Assembly (NCBI GenBank): GCA_963850915.1
Contig: CAWKND010000005.1
Span: 559,621 to 623,620 of the forward strand
Reading direction: 5' to 3'
Length of the DNA stretch: 64,000 nucleotides
From: an uncultured Actinomycetota bacterium
Lineage (GTDB): Bacteria; Actinomycetota; Actinomycetes; Mycobacteriales; Micromonosporaceae
The notes under the pieces were generated by a model. That model worked only from the letters and a program-made list of their open reading frames with translations. It searched no databases and was not told the DNA's origin. Both the position numbers and the translations under genes were made by a program. This document shows, one piece after another, positions 53,876 through 63,209 of this stretch; the stretch's first letter is position 1; each line of letters begins with the position of its first letter.

Positions 53876-54427
53876 ATGGCACCCACACCGGTACGGGAGC
53901 GCACCCGCCGGGACATCCAGGAGCACGCGACCCGCCTGTTCGCGCTGAACGGGTACGAGGCGACCTCGCTGCACGACATCGCCGCCGCGGTCGGCTGCTC
54001 CAAGGCCACCGTGCTGTACCACTTCGACGGCAAGCCGGCGATCCTCGGCAACGTCATCGAACCGGCCGCCCACGCGCTGGCCGAACTGGTCGACGCGAAC
54101 CGCGACCTGCCCCCGAAGATCGCCCAGCAGCGCGTGATCGACGGCTTCATCGACCTCGCCGTCCGGTTCCGTGGACTGATCGCGGTGGTGCACGAGGTAC
54201 TGCCGACCTTCGGCGACGCGCCCGAGTTCGAGGTACTCCTGCGCGCCGGTCGGGATCTGCCCCGGCTGCTCGCCGGCAGCGATGAGCCGGCCGATCACAG
54301 CCTGGCGCTGTTCGCCATCTACGGGCTCAACGCCGGCTGCCGCGCCGCCGCCCTCGAGACCGACGCCGAACTGCGCGCGCTGCTCACCGTCGCGCTGCAC
54401 CGGCTGCTGCTCCCCGATCGCCCGTGA
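53876..54427 (+). CDS. TetR-family transcriptional regulator
   Basis: HTH text RRDIQEHATRLFALNGYEATSLHDIAAAVGCSKATVLYHF. Confidence 0.9.
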   Translation: MAPTPVRERTRRDIQEHATRLFALNGYEATSLHDIAAAVGCSKATVLYHFDGKPAILGNVIEPAAHALAELVDANRDLPPKIAQQRVIDGFIDLAVRFRGLIAVVHEVLPTFGDAPEFEVLLRAGRDLPRLLAGSDEPADHSLALFAIYGLNAGCRAAALETDAELRALLTVALHRLLLPDRP

Positions 54428-54511
54428 AGCCCGACCGGCCAGCCCGGGAAGCCCGACGCTGACGCCTGCCGCCCGACCTGCTCGCATCGCCTGATTGGAC
54501 GACAACTGCTC

Positions 54512-56722
54512 ATGGCCAACCTCCTGTACCGCATCGGCTCGTTCTCCTACCGGCGGCGCAAACTGGTCACCGGTATCTGGGCGCTGCTGCTCGCACTCCT
54601 CGCGATCGGTGCGCTCGCCTTCAGCGGCAAGACCGTGGATTCGTTCTCCATCCCGGGTACCGAGTCGCAGCGCGCGCTGGATTCGTTGCACACCAACTTT
54701 CCCGGCGCTGCCGGCGCGTCCGGGACGATCGTGCTGAAGGCCGGCAACGGGGAGACGCTGAGCACTCCCGCCGTGAAGCAGGCCGTCGAGGCGACCGCTG
54801 CGAAGGCGGCCAAGCTCCCGGGCGTGATCGGTGTCGGCGACCCGTACGCCAGCAAGGCGATCAGCAAGGACGGCGCCACCGGCCTGCTCAGCGTGCAGTA
54901 CAGCGTGGCCGCCGAAGCACTCTCGCCCGAGCAGAAGGCGGCGTACGACGCGTTCGGTACCCAGAACACCACGGCCGACCTGCGGGTGGTACCCGGGTCA
55001 GGGGTGACGAACTCGCCGCCCGAGATCGGTACCACCGAAGTCATCGGGGTCGCGGTCGCCGCCGTCGTACTGGTCATCACCTTCGGCTCGCTGATCGCCG
55101 CCGGGATGACCCTGCTGACCGCGCTGATCGGCGTGATCGCCGGCATGTGCGGCCTGTTCCTGCTCACCTCGGTCATGGACATCTCGTCCACCGCACCGAT
55201 CCTGGCGCTGATGCTGGGTCTGGCCGTCGGTATCGACTACGCGCTGTTCATCAGCTCCCGGCACCGTACCCAGCTCGCCGACGGCATGAATCCGCAGGAG
55301 TCGGTCGCCCGGGCCACCGCGACAGCCGGCTCGGCCGTACTGTTCGCCGGTGCCACCGTGGTCATCGCGCTCGCCGGGCTGAGTCTGGTCGGCGTGCCGT
55401 TCCTTACCGCCATGGGCTTCGCCGCCGCCGGTACCGTACTCACCGCCGTACTCGTCGCGCTCACTCTGCTCCCGGCCATCCTCGGCTTTGTCGGCCGGCG
55501 CGTGCTGCCGCGCAAGCTGCGTGCCGCGAAGCCACACCACCGGCCCGCTCCGGTGCACGCCGAGCGGACGGGCTTCGGGTTCCGCTGGGGGCGCTTCGCC
55601 ACCCGGTACCGCATCCCGATCGTCGCGGTCGGCATCATCGGCCTGGCCGTACTGGCGATCCCCACCGCCGGCCTGCGGCTCGCGCTACCCGGCGGGGGTA
55701 CCGCACCGAAGGACTCCAACCAGCGCATCGCGTACGACCTGACCTCCGAGGCGTTCGGCCAGGGCTTCAACGGGCCGCTGATCATGGTGGTCAGCGGGCC
55801 GGATGCCGCTGGTACCAAGGCATTGGCCGACCAGGCGACCGCGCAGGTCAAGGGCCTCAGGGACGTGGTGGCCGTCGCGCCGGGCGGCGCCAACAAGGCC
55901 GGTACCACGCAACTGGTCACGGTGATTCCGGCCAGCGGCCCGACCACCCAGGCCACCGCGGACCTCGTCGGCGACATCCGCGGCGTCACCCGTCCGCTGG
56001 AGAGCGGCGGCGGCACCGTTGCGGTCACCGGGGTCACGGCGGTCGGCGTGGACGTGTCGGCCAAGCTGAGCGCCGCCCTGCCGCGTTACCTCGCGGTCGT
56101 CATCGGGCTGTCGTTCCTGTTGCTGCTGCTGGCTTTCCGCTCGATCCTGGTACCGCTGAAAGCCGCGCTCGGCTTCCTGCTGACCGTCGGCGCGACGTTC
56201 GGCATCACCACCGCGATCTTCCAGTGGGGCTGGGCCGCGTCGCTGTTCGGCGTCGACACTCCGGGCCCGATGGTGAGCTTCCTGCCGATCCTCATCCTCG
56301 GCGTGCTCTTCGGACTCGCGATGGACTACGAGGTCTTCATCGTCTCCCGGGTACGGGAGGAGTTCGTGCACGGCAAGCACTCCACGGCGGCTACCGTCGC
56401 CGGTGTCGGGCACGGCGCCCGGGTGGTCACGGCCGCCGCGCTCATCATGTCCGCGGTCTTCGCCGGCTTCATCCTGGTCCCCGACCCGACCATCAAGACG
56501 ATCGGCTTCGGCCTGACCGTCGGCGTGCTCATCGACGCGTTCGTCGTGCGGATGACGTTGGTACCAGCGGTTCTCAGCCTGCTCGGTGATCGTGCGTGGT
56601 ACTTCCCGCGCTGGCTCGACCGGATCACGCCACGGGTGGACATCGAAGGGGAGAACCTCGGTGGCGCACTGACCACCGAGGAGCTGGAGGCAGAGCCGAG
56701 GGAGCTCGTCGGTACCCACTGA
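54512..56722 (+). CDS. MMPL-family (RND-type) membrane transporter
   Basis: 736 aa with two 6-TM blocks, each carrying a G(V/L)A(V/M)DY motif (LAVGIDYALFI and GLAMDYEVFI). It lies downstream of tetR. Confidence 0.9.
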   Translation: MANLLYRIGSFSYRRRKLVTGIWALLLALLAIGALAFSGKTVDSFSIPGTESQRALDSLHTNFPGAAGASGTIVLKAGNGETLSTPAVKQAVEATAAKAAKLPGVIGVGDPYASKAISKDGATGLLSVQYSVAAEALSPEQKAAYDAFGTQNTTADLRVVPGSGVTNSPPEIGTTEVIGVAVAAVVLVITFGSLIAAGMTLLTALIGVIAGMCGLFLLTSVMDISSTAPILALMLGLAVGIDYALFISSRHRTQLADGMNPQESVARATATAGSAVLFAGATVVIALAGLSLVGVPFLTAMGFAAAGTVLTAVLVALTLLPAILGFVGRRVLPRKLRAAKPHHRPAPVHAERTGFGFRWGRFATRYRIPIVAVGIIGLAVLAIPTAGLRLALPGGGTAPKDSNQRIAYDLTSEAFGQGFNGPLIMVVSGPDAAGTKALADQATAQVKGLRDVVAVAPGGANKAGTTQLVTVIPASGPTTQATADLVGDIRGVTRPLESGGGTVAVTGVTAVGVDVSAKLSAALPRYLAVVIGLSFLLLLLAFRSILVPLKAALGFLLTVGATFGITTAIFQWGWAASLFGVDTPGPMVSFLPILILGVLFGLAMDYEVFIVSRVREEFVHGKHSTAATVAGVGHGARVVTAAALIMSAVFAGFILVPDPTIKTIGFGLTVGVLIDAFVVRMTLVPAVLSLLGDRAWYFPRWLDRITPRVDIEGENLGGALTTEELEAEPRELVGTH

Positions 56723-56738
56723 GGCTCGATCTACCGAT

Positions 56739-56769
56739 GTGCCCGGCCGGCGGTTCGCTGGCCGGGCAC
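56739..56769 (+). terminator. Hairpin terminator after the MMPL gene
   Basis: GTGCCCGGCC-ggcggttcgct-GGCCGGGCAC forms a perfect 10-bp stem. Confidence 0.5.
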
Positions 56770-56802
56770 CCCTCTGTCCGGTCGCGGAATTAGGGTGTTC
56801 CG

Positions 56803-57606
56803 GTGAGTGTGCGGAGTGCGAACCCGTCGAGTGCTGTGCGGCGGTTGCAGGAGCGTGCCGCGCGAGCGCTGCCCGCGAACGTGGTGGAGCGCCTGGACGG
56901 TTGGTGGCTGCGGTACGCGAACATCTCGGCCTGGTGGATCAGTTCCGTGCTACCGCACAGTGAAACGCTGCCGCCGGACCTGGCCGGCAGGCTCCGTACC
57001 GTCGAAGAGTTCTACGCGGGGCACGGCATCCCGACCCGCTACCAGATCAGTCCGGGCGCCTGTCCGGTCGGCCTCGACGAAGCGCTGGCCGAGCGCGGGT
57101 ACGACGTCGAGTCGCCGATGTCACTTCAGGTGGCGTCGACCGAGGACGTCGTCGCTCGGCTGCCGGTGACGGGATCGGTTGTCCGGGTGGATGACCAGCC
57201 GACGGACGCCTGGTTCGGCACCTGGCTTTCGGTGCACGGTGCCGGCGACGATCCCGGCCCTGAGCGGGAGCTGCGCCGCCGGGTAGGCCTGCCGAGCGGC
57301 TATGCCTCGGTACTGTCCGCGGGCGCTGTCATCGCCACCGGCCGGGCGGTTGCCGACACCGGCTGGGTGGGCGTGTTCGGGATGGCCACGCTGCCCGAGG
57401 CGCGTGGACGGGGTGCCGCAAGCCAAGCACTGGCCGCCCTCGCCCGGTGGGCCGCCGCACGCGGTGCCAGCCGGATGTACCTCCAGGTCGAGCGCGAAAA
57501 CACTGCAGCGCAACGGCTGTACCGGCGGGCCGGCTTCACCGAGCTGTGCCGGTACCACTACCGCGTTCGCCGAGACCGTCCAGTACCGGGGGCAGGCCAA
57601 CGGTGA
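56803..57606 (+). CDS. GNAT-family N-acetyltransferase
   Basis: C-terminal acetyl-CoA motif GMATLPEARGRGAASQAL..LQVERENTAAQRLYRRAGF. Confidence 0.8.
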   Translation: MSVRSANPSSAVRRLQERAARALPANVVERLDGWWLRYANISAWWISSVLPHSETLPPDLAGRLRTVEEFYAGHGIPTRYQISPGACPVGLDEALAERGYDVESPMSLQVASTEDVVARLPVTGSVVRVDDQPTDAWFGTWLSVHGAGDDPGPERELRRRVGLPSGYASVLSAGAVIATGRAVADTGWVGVFGMATLPEARGRGAASQALAALARWAAARGASRMYLQVERENTAAQRLYRRAGFTELCRYHYRVRRDRPVPGAGQR

Positions 57607-58000
57607 GCATCTTGCGCCGTACGTTGCCCAGCAGCTTGGCCATGAAGAATCCGCCGATGCCGGTGAAGCCGGTGTGGTCGTAGGTGAAGCGGGTACCCCC
57701 GTTGTGCGCCTCCAGGCGGTAGACGACCTGGGTCACGTCAGTGCTGCCGTCGCCGATCCACGAGTAGCGCAGCAGCGTGGGCTCCAGCACCTCCAACACC
57801 TCGCAGTCGACGATGCCGCTCCAGCCCGGCTTCGGCTTCGCGACGAGCCGGAACCTGGTGCCGACGGTGGTGGCGAAGCCCTCTGGCCGGCCACCGGCGC
57901 CGGTCGCGGTCCAGCGCGGGATGAGTGCCGGGTCGGTGAGCGCACGCCACACCGTTTCGGGGGGCTGCGGGTAGTCGCGGACGATGCGGATGGCGCTCAT
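57536..58000 (-). CDS. SRPBCC-superfamily protein (Aha1/BPI-like)
   Basis: Text PETVWRALTDPALIPRW and LLRYSW..T.V.Y.LE is typical of SRPBCC. Confidence 0.8.
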   Translation of the reverse strand: MSAIRIVRDYPQPPETVWRALTDPALIPRWTATGAGGRPEGFATTVGTRFRLVAKPKPGWSGIVDCEVLEVLEPTLLRYSWIGDGSTDVTQVVYRLEAHNGGTRFTYDHTGFTGIGGFFMAKLLGNVRRKMLTVGLPPVLDGLGERGSGTGTAR

Positions 58001-58016
58001 GCTGTCTCCATCATTT

Positions 58017-58042
58017 CTACAGTGACTAGAAACTTACTGTAG
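58017..58042. promoter_or_regulatory. Inverted repeat in an AT-rich divergent promoter (probable TetR operator)
   Basis: CTACAGT-N12-ACTGTAG lies between the SRPBCC and tetR genes. Confidence 0.45.
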
Positions 58043-58077
58043 CAGAAAATATCTGGTGACCAGACTATGCTGGCGGC

Positions 58078-58827
58078 ATGAGTACGCGCACGGTGGACTG
58101 GACGGCGCTGCGCCCGCGGACCGACGAGTCCACCGCCGAAGGGCTACGGGAGCGCAAGAAACGACAGATGCGCCAACGGCTTTCCGACACGGCGACCGAG
58201 ATGTTCCTGGAGCGGGGCTTCGACGGCGTCCGGGTAGCTGAGATCGCCCAGGCATGCGGGGTTTCGGAGAAGACGGTCTTCAACTACTTCCCCACCAAGG
58301 AGTCGCTCATCCTGGACCTGGGTGAGGCCACCATGTCCGCCCTGCGCAGCGGGCTGGCCGAGCCCGAGGTCCCCCCGGTCGAAGCGGTACTGCGAATCCT
58401 CGCCGAGGAGCTGCACGCCGTCACCGCCTGGCTCGCCGCACAGGACGACCCGGTGCACGCCGGTACCCAGTTCCGGAGGTTCGGCGCGCTGATCCGGTCC
58501 ACGCCGTCGCTGCGGGCGTACCAGCGGGACATGGCCGACCAACTCGTGGCGGTGGCAGCCGAGATTCTGGCGCGGCGGGCCGGATTTCGCCCCGCCGATC
58601 CGGAGCCGCAGATCACGGCGACCGCGCTCCTCGGACTGTGGCCTGTTCAGTTCCAGGCTCTCGGTAAGTACCTCGACGCAACCCGTACGCCCGCACAGCT
58701 ACGCCGGGCGGTCAGCGCCGACGTCCACCGTGCCGCCCGGCTCATCGACACCGGGCTCAGCACGTTCGGGCAGCGCTCAGTAGGGCAGCGCCCGGCCCGT
58801 AGGCGGCCGGATCCCGCCGGTTCCTGA
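58078..58827 (+). CDS. TetR-family transcriptional regulator
   Basis: HTH text RQRLSDTATEMFLERGFDGVRVAEIAQACGVSEKTVFNYF. Confidence 0.9.
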   Translation: MSTRTVDWTALRPRTDESTAEGLRERKKRQMRQRLSDTATEMFLERGFDGVRVAEIAQACGVSEKTVFNYFPTKESLILDLGEATMSALRSGLAEPEVPPVEAVLRILAEELHAVTAWLAAQDDPVHAGTQFRRFGALIRSTPSLRAYQRDMADQLVAVAAEILARRAGFRPADPEPQITATALLGLWPVQFQALGKYLDATRTPAQLRRAVSADVHRAARLIDTGLSTFGQRSVGQRPARRRPDPAGS

Positions 58828-58858
58828 CGGATCTGTGGTCGCGGCGATCGGTAGCGGG

Positions 58859-59425
58859 TCAGACTTCCGCGCCGGACAGGATGGCGCGTGCGCGCATCAG
58901 CGCGAAGCCGAGAAGGTTCAGGCCGGGCCAGTTCGCGGGTTCACGGGCGTTCTCGTCGGCCGCGGCCAGGCCGATGCCCCAGATCCGATCGGTCGGGCTC
59001 GCCTCGACCAGGACCCGGTCCGCCGTCGCCAGCAGGTAGGCCTGTAGATCGTGGTGCTGGCTGAACTTCGCGACGCTGGCGGTCACCACGATGTCGAAGC
59101 GAGCCTGCTCCCAGGCGTGCTGGTCGAAGTCGCGGACACGCCGGCCCAGCGCCTTCGCTCGGTGCGGGTGCGGGGCCGCGAGTACCTCTGCGGCGATCTC
59201 GGCGTCGCCGAAGAGCATTGCCTTGCGCCACATCATGTAGTGCTCCGCCGTCGGGTATGTCCGCGCGTCGACAGTGAACGCGGCGGGCCACCACTGGCTG
59301 AGGCACCCGGGTCCGACGCTTCCGTCAGGCTGCGGACGGTGCCCCCAGAACAGCAGGTACTTCACCGGACGGCCGGTGGCGACGAGGTCGGTCAACTCGG
59401 CGACGTTACGAGGAGTGGGAGTCAC
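58859..59425 (-). CDS. NADAR (YbiA/DUF1768) family protein
   Basis: Text YLLFWGH, LSQWW, TYPTAEHYMMWRKAMLFGD and DRIWGIG is typical of NADAR. GTG 59425 was chosen, 40 nt after the stop of the upstream ABC gene. Confidence 0.8.
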   Translation of the reverse strand: MTPTPRNVAELTDLVATGRPVKYLLFWGHRPQPDGSVGPGCLSQWWPAAFTVDARTYPTAEHYMMWRKAMLFGDAEIAAEVLAAPHPHRAKALGRRVRDFDQHAWEQARFDIVVTASVAKFSQHHDLQAYLLATADRVLVEASPTDRIWGIGLAAADENAREPANWPGLNLLGFALMRARAILSGAEV

Positions 59426-59465
59426 CGCGCGAGTATGCCCTCTGCGATCCCTGGCCGCCGCCCGG

Positions 59466-61301
59466 TCAGCGGGCTTCCGGTACCGGCTGGTAGCCCTCCG
59501 CCTGGAGGGTGAACAGGCGGGCGTACTCGCCACCGGCGGCGAGCAGCGACACGTGGTCGCCCAACTCGCTGATCCGCCCGCCGGACAGTACCGCCACCGT
59601 GTCGGCGTGCCGGACGGCGCTGAGCCGGTGCGAGATCAGCAGGCAGCTGCCCCGCCCGGTCTGCCCGCGTACGGTGCGGTGTACCTCCGCCTCGGCCTCG
59701 GCGTCCAGCCCGGATGAGGGCTCGTCCAGGATCATCAGGTCGCGCTGCTGGCGAAACAGCGCGCGGGCCAGCGCCAGTCGCTGCCACTGCCCGCCGGAGA
59801 GCACCACGCCCGCGTCGTCCTCGTCGTCGTCACCGTTGGCATCCCGGAAACTGCGCGACAGCAGCGTGTCGTACCCCTTCGGCAGCCTGTCCAGCGTGGG
59901 GTCGATGCCGGCTTGCGTTGCCGCGTCCCGGATCCGAGGCCGGTCGGCGAGTGCGTCGATGTCCGACAGCGCGACGTTCTCGGCGGCCGTCATGTCGTAC
60001 TCGACGTAGTCCTGGAACACCGCCCCGATCCGAGCCCGCAGCGCCAGCGGGTCGAGGTCGCGCAGGTCGACGCCGTCCCACAGGATCGCGCCGCGAGTGG
60101 GATCGTAGAACCGGCAGAGCAGCTTCACCAGCGTCGACTTACCAGAACCGTTGCGCCCCACCAGGGCCAGCGCGCTATCGCGTGGGATGGTCAGGTCGAC
60201 GCCGCGCAGTACCCACGGATGCCCGTCGGCGTACCGGAACCACACGTCACGCAGCTCGATCCCCTGGTGCAGTGGGGTCACCGGCTGGGCCGACGGCGCG
60301 ACCGGCAGGTCCGAGCCGGCGTTGACGACAGCTGAGTAGTGGCCGTACATCAGCAGCGCGTAGTGCGCCCGGGCCAGGTCGTTGGCGAGCGACATGAGGG
60401 CGTTCTGGGTACCGGCGACGGCCGCGACGAAGATGGCGATGTCGCCGACCGAGAGTCTGCCCTGGCGGGCGGATTGGGCTGCCCAGACCAGTCCGGCTCC
60501 GGCGACCAGCGCGGCGAGCAGCGCCAGGCCGGTCTGCACGAGCGCGTGGGTACGGTCCTGCTGCTGCTTGGCGCTGTTGGCACTGCGGCGGTCGGCGAGC
60601 ATCCGCTCCCGCAGGTACCGCCCGGTACCGAACAGTCGCACCTCCTTGGCAGCGTCCACTGTGGACAGCAGCCGCCCGTAGAACAGTTCGCGCCGCTGTG
60701 CCGGCCCGATGCTCCAGTACATCGTCGCCCGGCGGCGGGACAGCACCAGCTCGGCGACCACGGTCGGGGTACCCGCGACCAGTACCAGCCCGGTCATCGT
60801 CGGGCTCAGGAGCAGCAGCGCCCCGACGAAGCCACCGATGGTCAGTACCGCCTGGCCGACGCCGAGGCAGCCGTCGACCACGTCGCCGAGGCTGACATCG
60901 ACGGTCTGCTGGGCCATCCGCAGCCGGTCGAGGAAGCGCGGATCCTCGAAGCGGCTCAGCCCGACGAACCCGTCGACGGAGCTGAACAGTCGGTCCTGAG
61001 CCAGCATCCCGGCCCGCCGGTCCAGCTGTGCCCGCAGGTACTGCAGGATCTGCGGCACCGTCGCCACCAGCGCGCCGGTGGCCGCCAGCCCGAGGGTGAG
61101 GCCGAGCAGCGCGCTGATGCCGGCGCCGGCCACCAGCCGGTCGATGACGAGCTTGGTGAGCCACGCGATGACCACCGGGGCGACACCGGCCGAGAGGGTC
61201 AGCACAACGTAGGCGGCGAACACCCCGGGAGCCGCCCGGGCCACCAACGCTGTGGCGGACGGGATGCGGCGCAGCAGGTCCCGGGAGCCGCCGTCACTCA
61301 T
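59466..61301 (-). CDS. ABC exporter, fused permease-ATPase half-transporter (MsbA/MdlB type)
   Basis: N-terminal 6-TM domain, Walker A GRNGSGKST, signature LSGGQWQR and Walker B LMILDEP. ATGA overlap with the upstream gene. Confidence 0.9.
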   Translation of the reverse strand: MSDGGSRDLLRRIPSATALVARAAPGVFAAYVVLTLSAGVAPVVIAWLTKLVIDRLVAGAGISALLGLTLGLAATGALVATVPQILQYLRAQLDRRAGMLAQDRLFSSVDGFVGLSRFEDPRFLDRLRMAQQTVDVSLGDVVDGCLGVGQAVLTIGGFVGALLLLSPTMTGLVLVAGTPTVVAELVLSRRRATMYWSIGPAQRRELFYGRLLSTVDAAKEVRLFGTGRYLRERMLADRRSANSAKQQQDRTHALVQTGLALLAALVAGAGLVWAAQSARQGRLSVGDIAIFVAAVAGTQNALMSLANDLARAHYALLMYGHYSAVVNAGSDLPVAPSAQPVTPLHQGIELRDVWFRYADGHPWVLRGVDLTIPRDSALALVGRNGSGKSTLVKLLCRFYDPTRGAILWDGVDLRDLDPLALRARIGAVFQDYVEYDMTAAENVALSDIDALADRPRIRDAATQAGIDPTLDRLPKGYDTLLSRSFRDANGDDDEDDAGVVLSGGQWQRLALARALFRQQRDLMILDEPSSGLDAEAEAEVHRTVRGQTGRGSCLLISHRLSAVRHADTVAVLSGGRISELGDHVSLLAAGGEYARLFTLQAEGYQPVPEAR

Positions 61302-62050
61302 GCCTGCTTCACCGCCCGGTATCCGACCAGCAGCGGCGGGAAGTCGGCGCCGTCGTAGTCGTGGAACATCGTGGCCTCGAAACCGTTTCGTGACAACAGC
61401 TCCAGGACGAACGCCGGGTCGAGCAGGAGTACCGAGTGGTGCTCGTCGCTACGCCGGTAACCCTCCCCGTACCGGCGGAACACGGTGATGTCCCGGGTCA
61501 GCAGCCGCTCGCCGATGACCGTCTCGACGCAGAGGCTCCAGTCGTCGGTGTGCCGGAAGTGCTGCCGTGCTGGGCCATCCGTGGCGACCGGGGCGTTCAG
61601 GTCGAACAGCAGCAACCCACCCGGGCGCAGCGCCTGCCCGATCCGCCGCACCACTCGCGCCAGCGCCGACTCGTCGACCCGCGGATCGAACACATACCCG
61701 AGCGACTGCCCGATGGACGTGACGGCGACGCACGCGGGCAGCTCGACATCGAGGAATGAACCACAGACGAACTGTGCCGCCGGGGCCGTCTGCCGGGCCA
61801 GCGCGATCATGTCAGCGGAGAGGTCCACGCCGAGCACCCGGTACCCGGCGTCGCAGAGCGCGCGGGCCAGGATGCCGGTACCACACCCCAGGTCCACCAC
61901 CAGTCCGTCCCGGATTCCGTGCTCCCGCAACTGTTCCAGCACCGTGACGGTGGCCAGCCGGACGAAGTCACTGTGCCCGGTCTGGTGAGCAAACGCCATG
62001 TCCACCCGGTACCCAGGTGAGGTGGTGGCCAGGTCAGGCGGCAGTGGCAT
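61298..62050 (-). CDS. Class I SAM-dependent methyltransferase
   Basis: Motif I VVDLGCGTGIL and motif post-I VLGVDLS. ATG 62050 was chosen, overlapping the upstream gene by 17 nt (alternative ATG 61999). Confidence 0.8.
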   Translation of the reverse strand: MPLPPDLATTSPGYRVDMAFAHQTGHSDFVRLATVTVLEQLREHGIRDGLVVDLGCGTGILARALCDAGYRVLGVDLSADMIALARQTAPAAQFVCGSFLDVELPACVAVTSIGQSLGYVFDPRVDESALARVVRRIGQALRPGGLLLFDLNAPVATDGPARQHFRHTDDWSLCVETVIGERLLTRDITVFRRYGEGYRRSDEHHSVLLLDPAFVLELLSRNGFEATMFHDYDGADFPPLLVGYRAVKQA

Positions 62051-62639
62051 GGGACGCCTCGGAGCCGGCCAGCCACCCTTCAGCCACCTCGGTCCAGTCG
62101 GCGCCGCCCACATGGCCGCGCGCGGCGACCTGCCCGTCCGGGTCGACCAGGACGAAGTACGGGATCACCCCGGTCGGGTTGTAGTCGGCGATCATCGTGG
62201 TCCGCGTGGGTGGCGCGGCGAGTACCGGATGGGTGACCCGGCGGCCGTTCTCGTTCTCGATCTCGGCCAGAAAGCTCTTCGTCCGGTCCGGCCCGACATC
62301 CGTGACCAGTACCAGCTCCACCCCCGCGCGCCGGGCGGCCGGGCCGACCGTGGGCAGCAGGTCGAAGACCCGGTGGCAGCTGCCACAGTTGGGCGAGACG
62401 AACAGGTAGCCGACTGCGCGCCCGGACAGCCGCTGGCTGGAGATGCTCTTGCCGGCGGGGGAGAGTGCGTTGAACACCGGCGCGAAACCGCCCAGTGCCA
62501 ACGGGACTCCGCCACCATGGGCGTCCGCGTCGTGTAGGTGGTCGGTGGCCCGCAGCCGAGCCAGTACCCGCATCAGCAGCGCCAGGTTGACCACGCACAC
62601 GATGCTGACCGCGAGCAGGATCAGGGTACGCACGTCCAT
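62034..62639 (-). CDS. Membrane-anchored thioredoxin-fold protein (TlpA/MauD-like)
   Basis: N-terminal TM helix LILLAVSIVCVVNLALLM. The redox motif is CGSC in FVSPNCGSCHRV. Confidence 0.8.
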   Translation of the reverse strand: MDVRTLILLAVSIVCVVNLALLMRVLARLRATDHLHDADAHGGGVPLALGGFAPVFNALSPAGKSISSQRLSGRAVGYLFVSPNCGSCHRVFDLLPTVGPAARRAGVELVLVTDVGPDRTKSFLAEIENENGRRVTHPVLAAPPTRTTMIADYNPTGVIPYFVLVDPDGQVAARGHVGGADWTEVAEGWLAGSEASHATAA

Positions 62640-62649
62640 CTCAGCCTCC

Positions 62650-63204
62650 TCACTCAGCGGTTCCGGGTACCTGCACCGCGGTCAGCACGACGTTGGCGAG
62701 GTTGGTGACGAGCAGCGCCGCGCAGACGCCGACGAGCGCGACGAGTACCGTGTCGGTCGCCGACAGCCGCGCGTCCGGTATGCCGGCGGACAGGCCGATT
62801 CCGGCGCACGCCAACAGGAGCAGGTTGCGGGCCACGTCGTACCACGAGACGTGTGCCGGGCTGGCGCCGAAGCAGTGGCACGCCACCCGCATGCCGCGTA
62901 CCCGCACCGTGGTGAGCGCCGCCGTGTATCCCAGCAGCAGCAGGCCACCGAGGCCAAGGCCGAGCCGGCCGGCCAGTCCGGCAGCGGGCAGGTAGCCGGC
63001 CAGCAGCAGTGCGACGGTCACCACCTCGACGGCGGTCAGCGTTCGCGCCACGGGCTGGATCCAGCGTGGCGCAACGAGTTTGAAGCTGCGGACGGCTGCC
63101 TCGAAGCCCTCCGGATCGCGTAGCTTGCTGACCAGCGAGGCCAGGAACGTTGCCGCGACCACGGTCTGGCCGAACACCAGCGCGACCGCGTGCCAGTTCT
63201 GCAT
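62650..63204 (-). CDS. MauE/DoxX-family membrane protein
   Basis: ATG 63204. Four to five TM helices and the CHCFG motif typical of MauE. Confidence 0.75.
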   Translation of the reverse strand: MQNWHAVALVFGQTVVAATFLASLVSKLRDPEGFEAAVRSFKLVAPRWIQPVARTLTAVEVVTVALLLAGYLPAAGLAGRLGLGLGGLLLLGYTAALTTVRVRGMRVACHCFGASPAHVSWYDVARNLLLLACAGIGLSAGIPDARLSATDTVLVALVGVCAALLVTNLANVVLTAVQVPGTAE

Positions 63205-63209
63205 GTGTG

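Noticed and set aside
58859-59425. NADAR as the antitoxin of a DarT-NADAR DNA ADP-ribosylation toxin-antitoxin pair.
   Set aside because: No ADP-ribosyltransferase-like ORF is adjacent. The upstream gene is an ABC exporter and the downstream neighbour is a convergent TetR gene.
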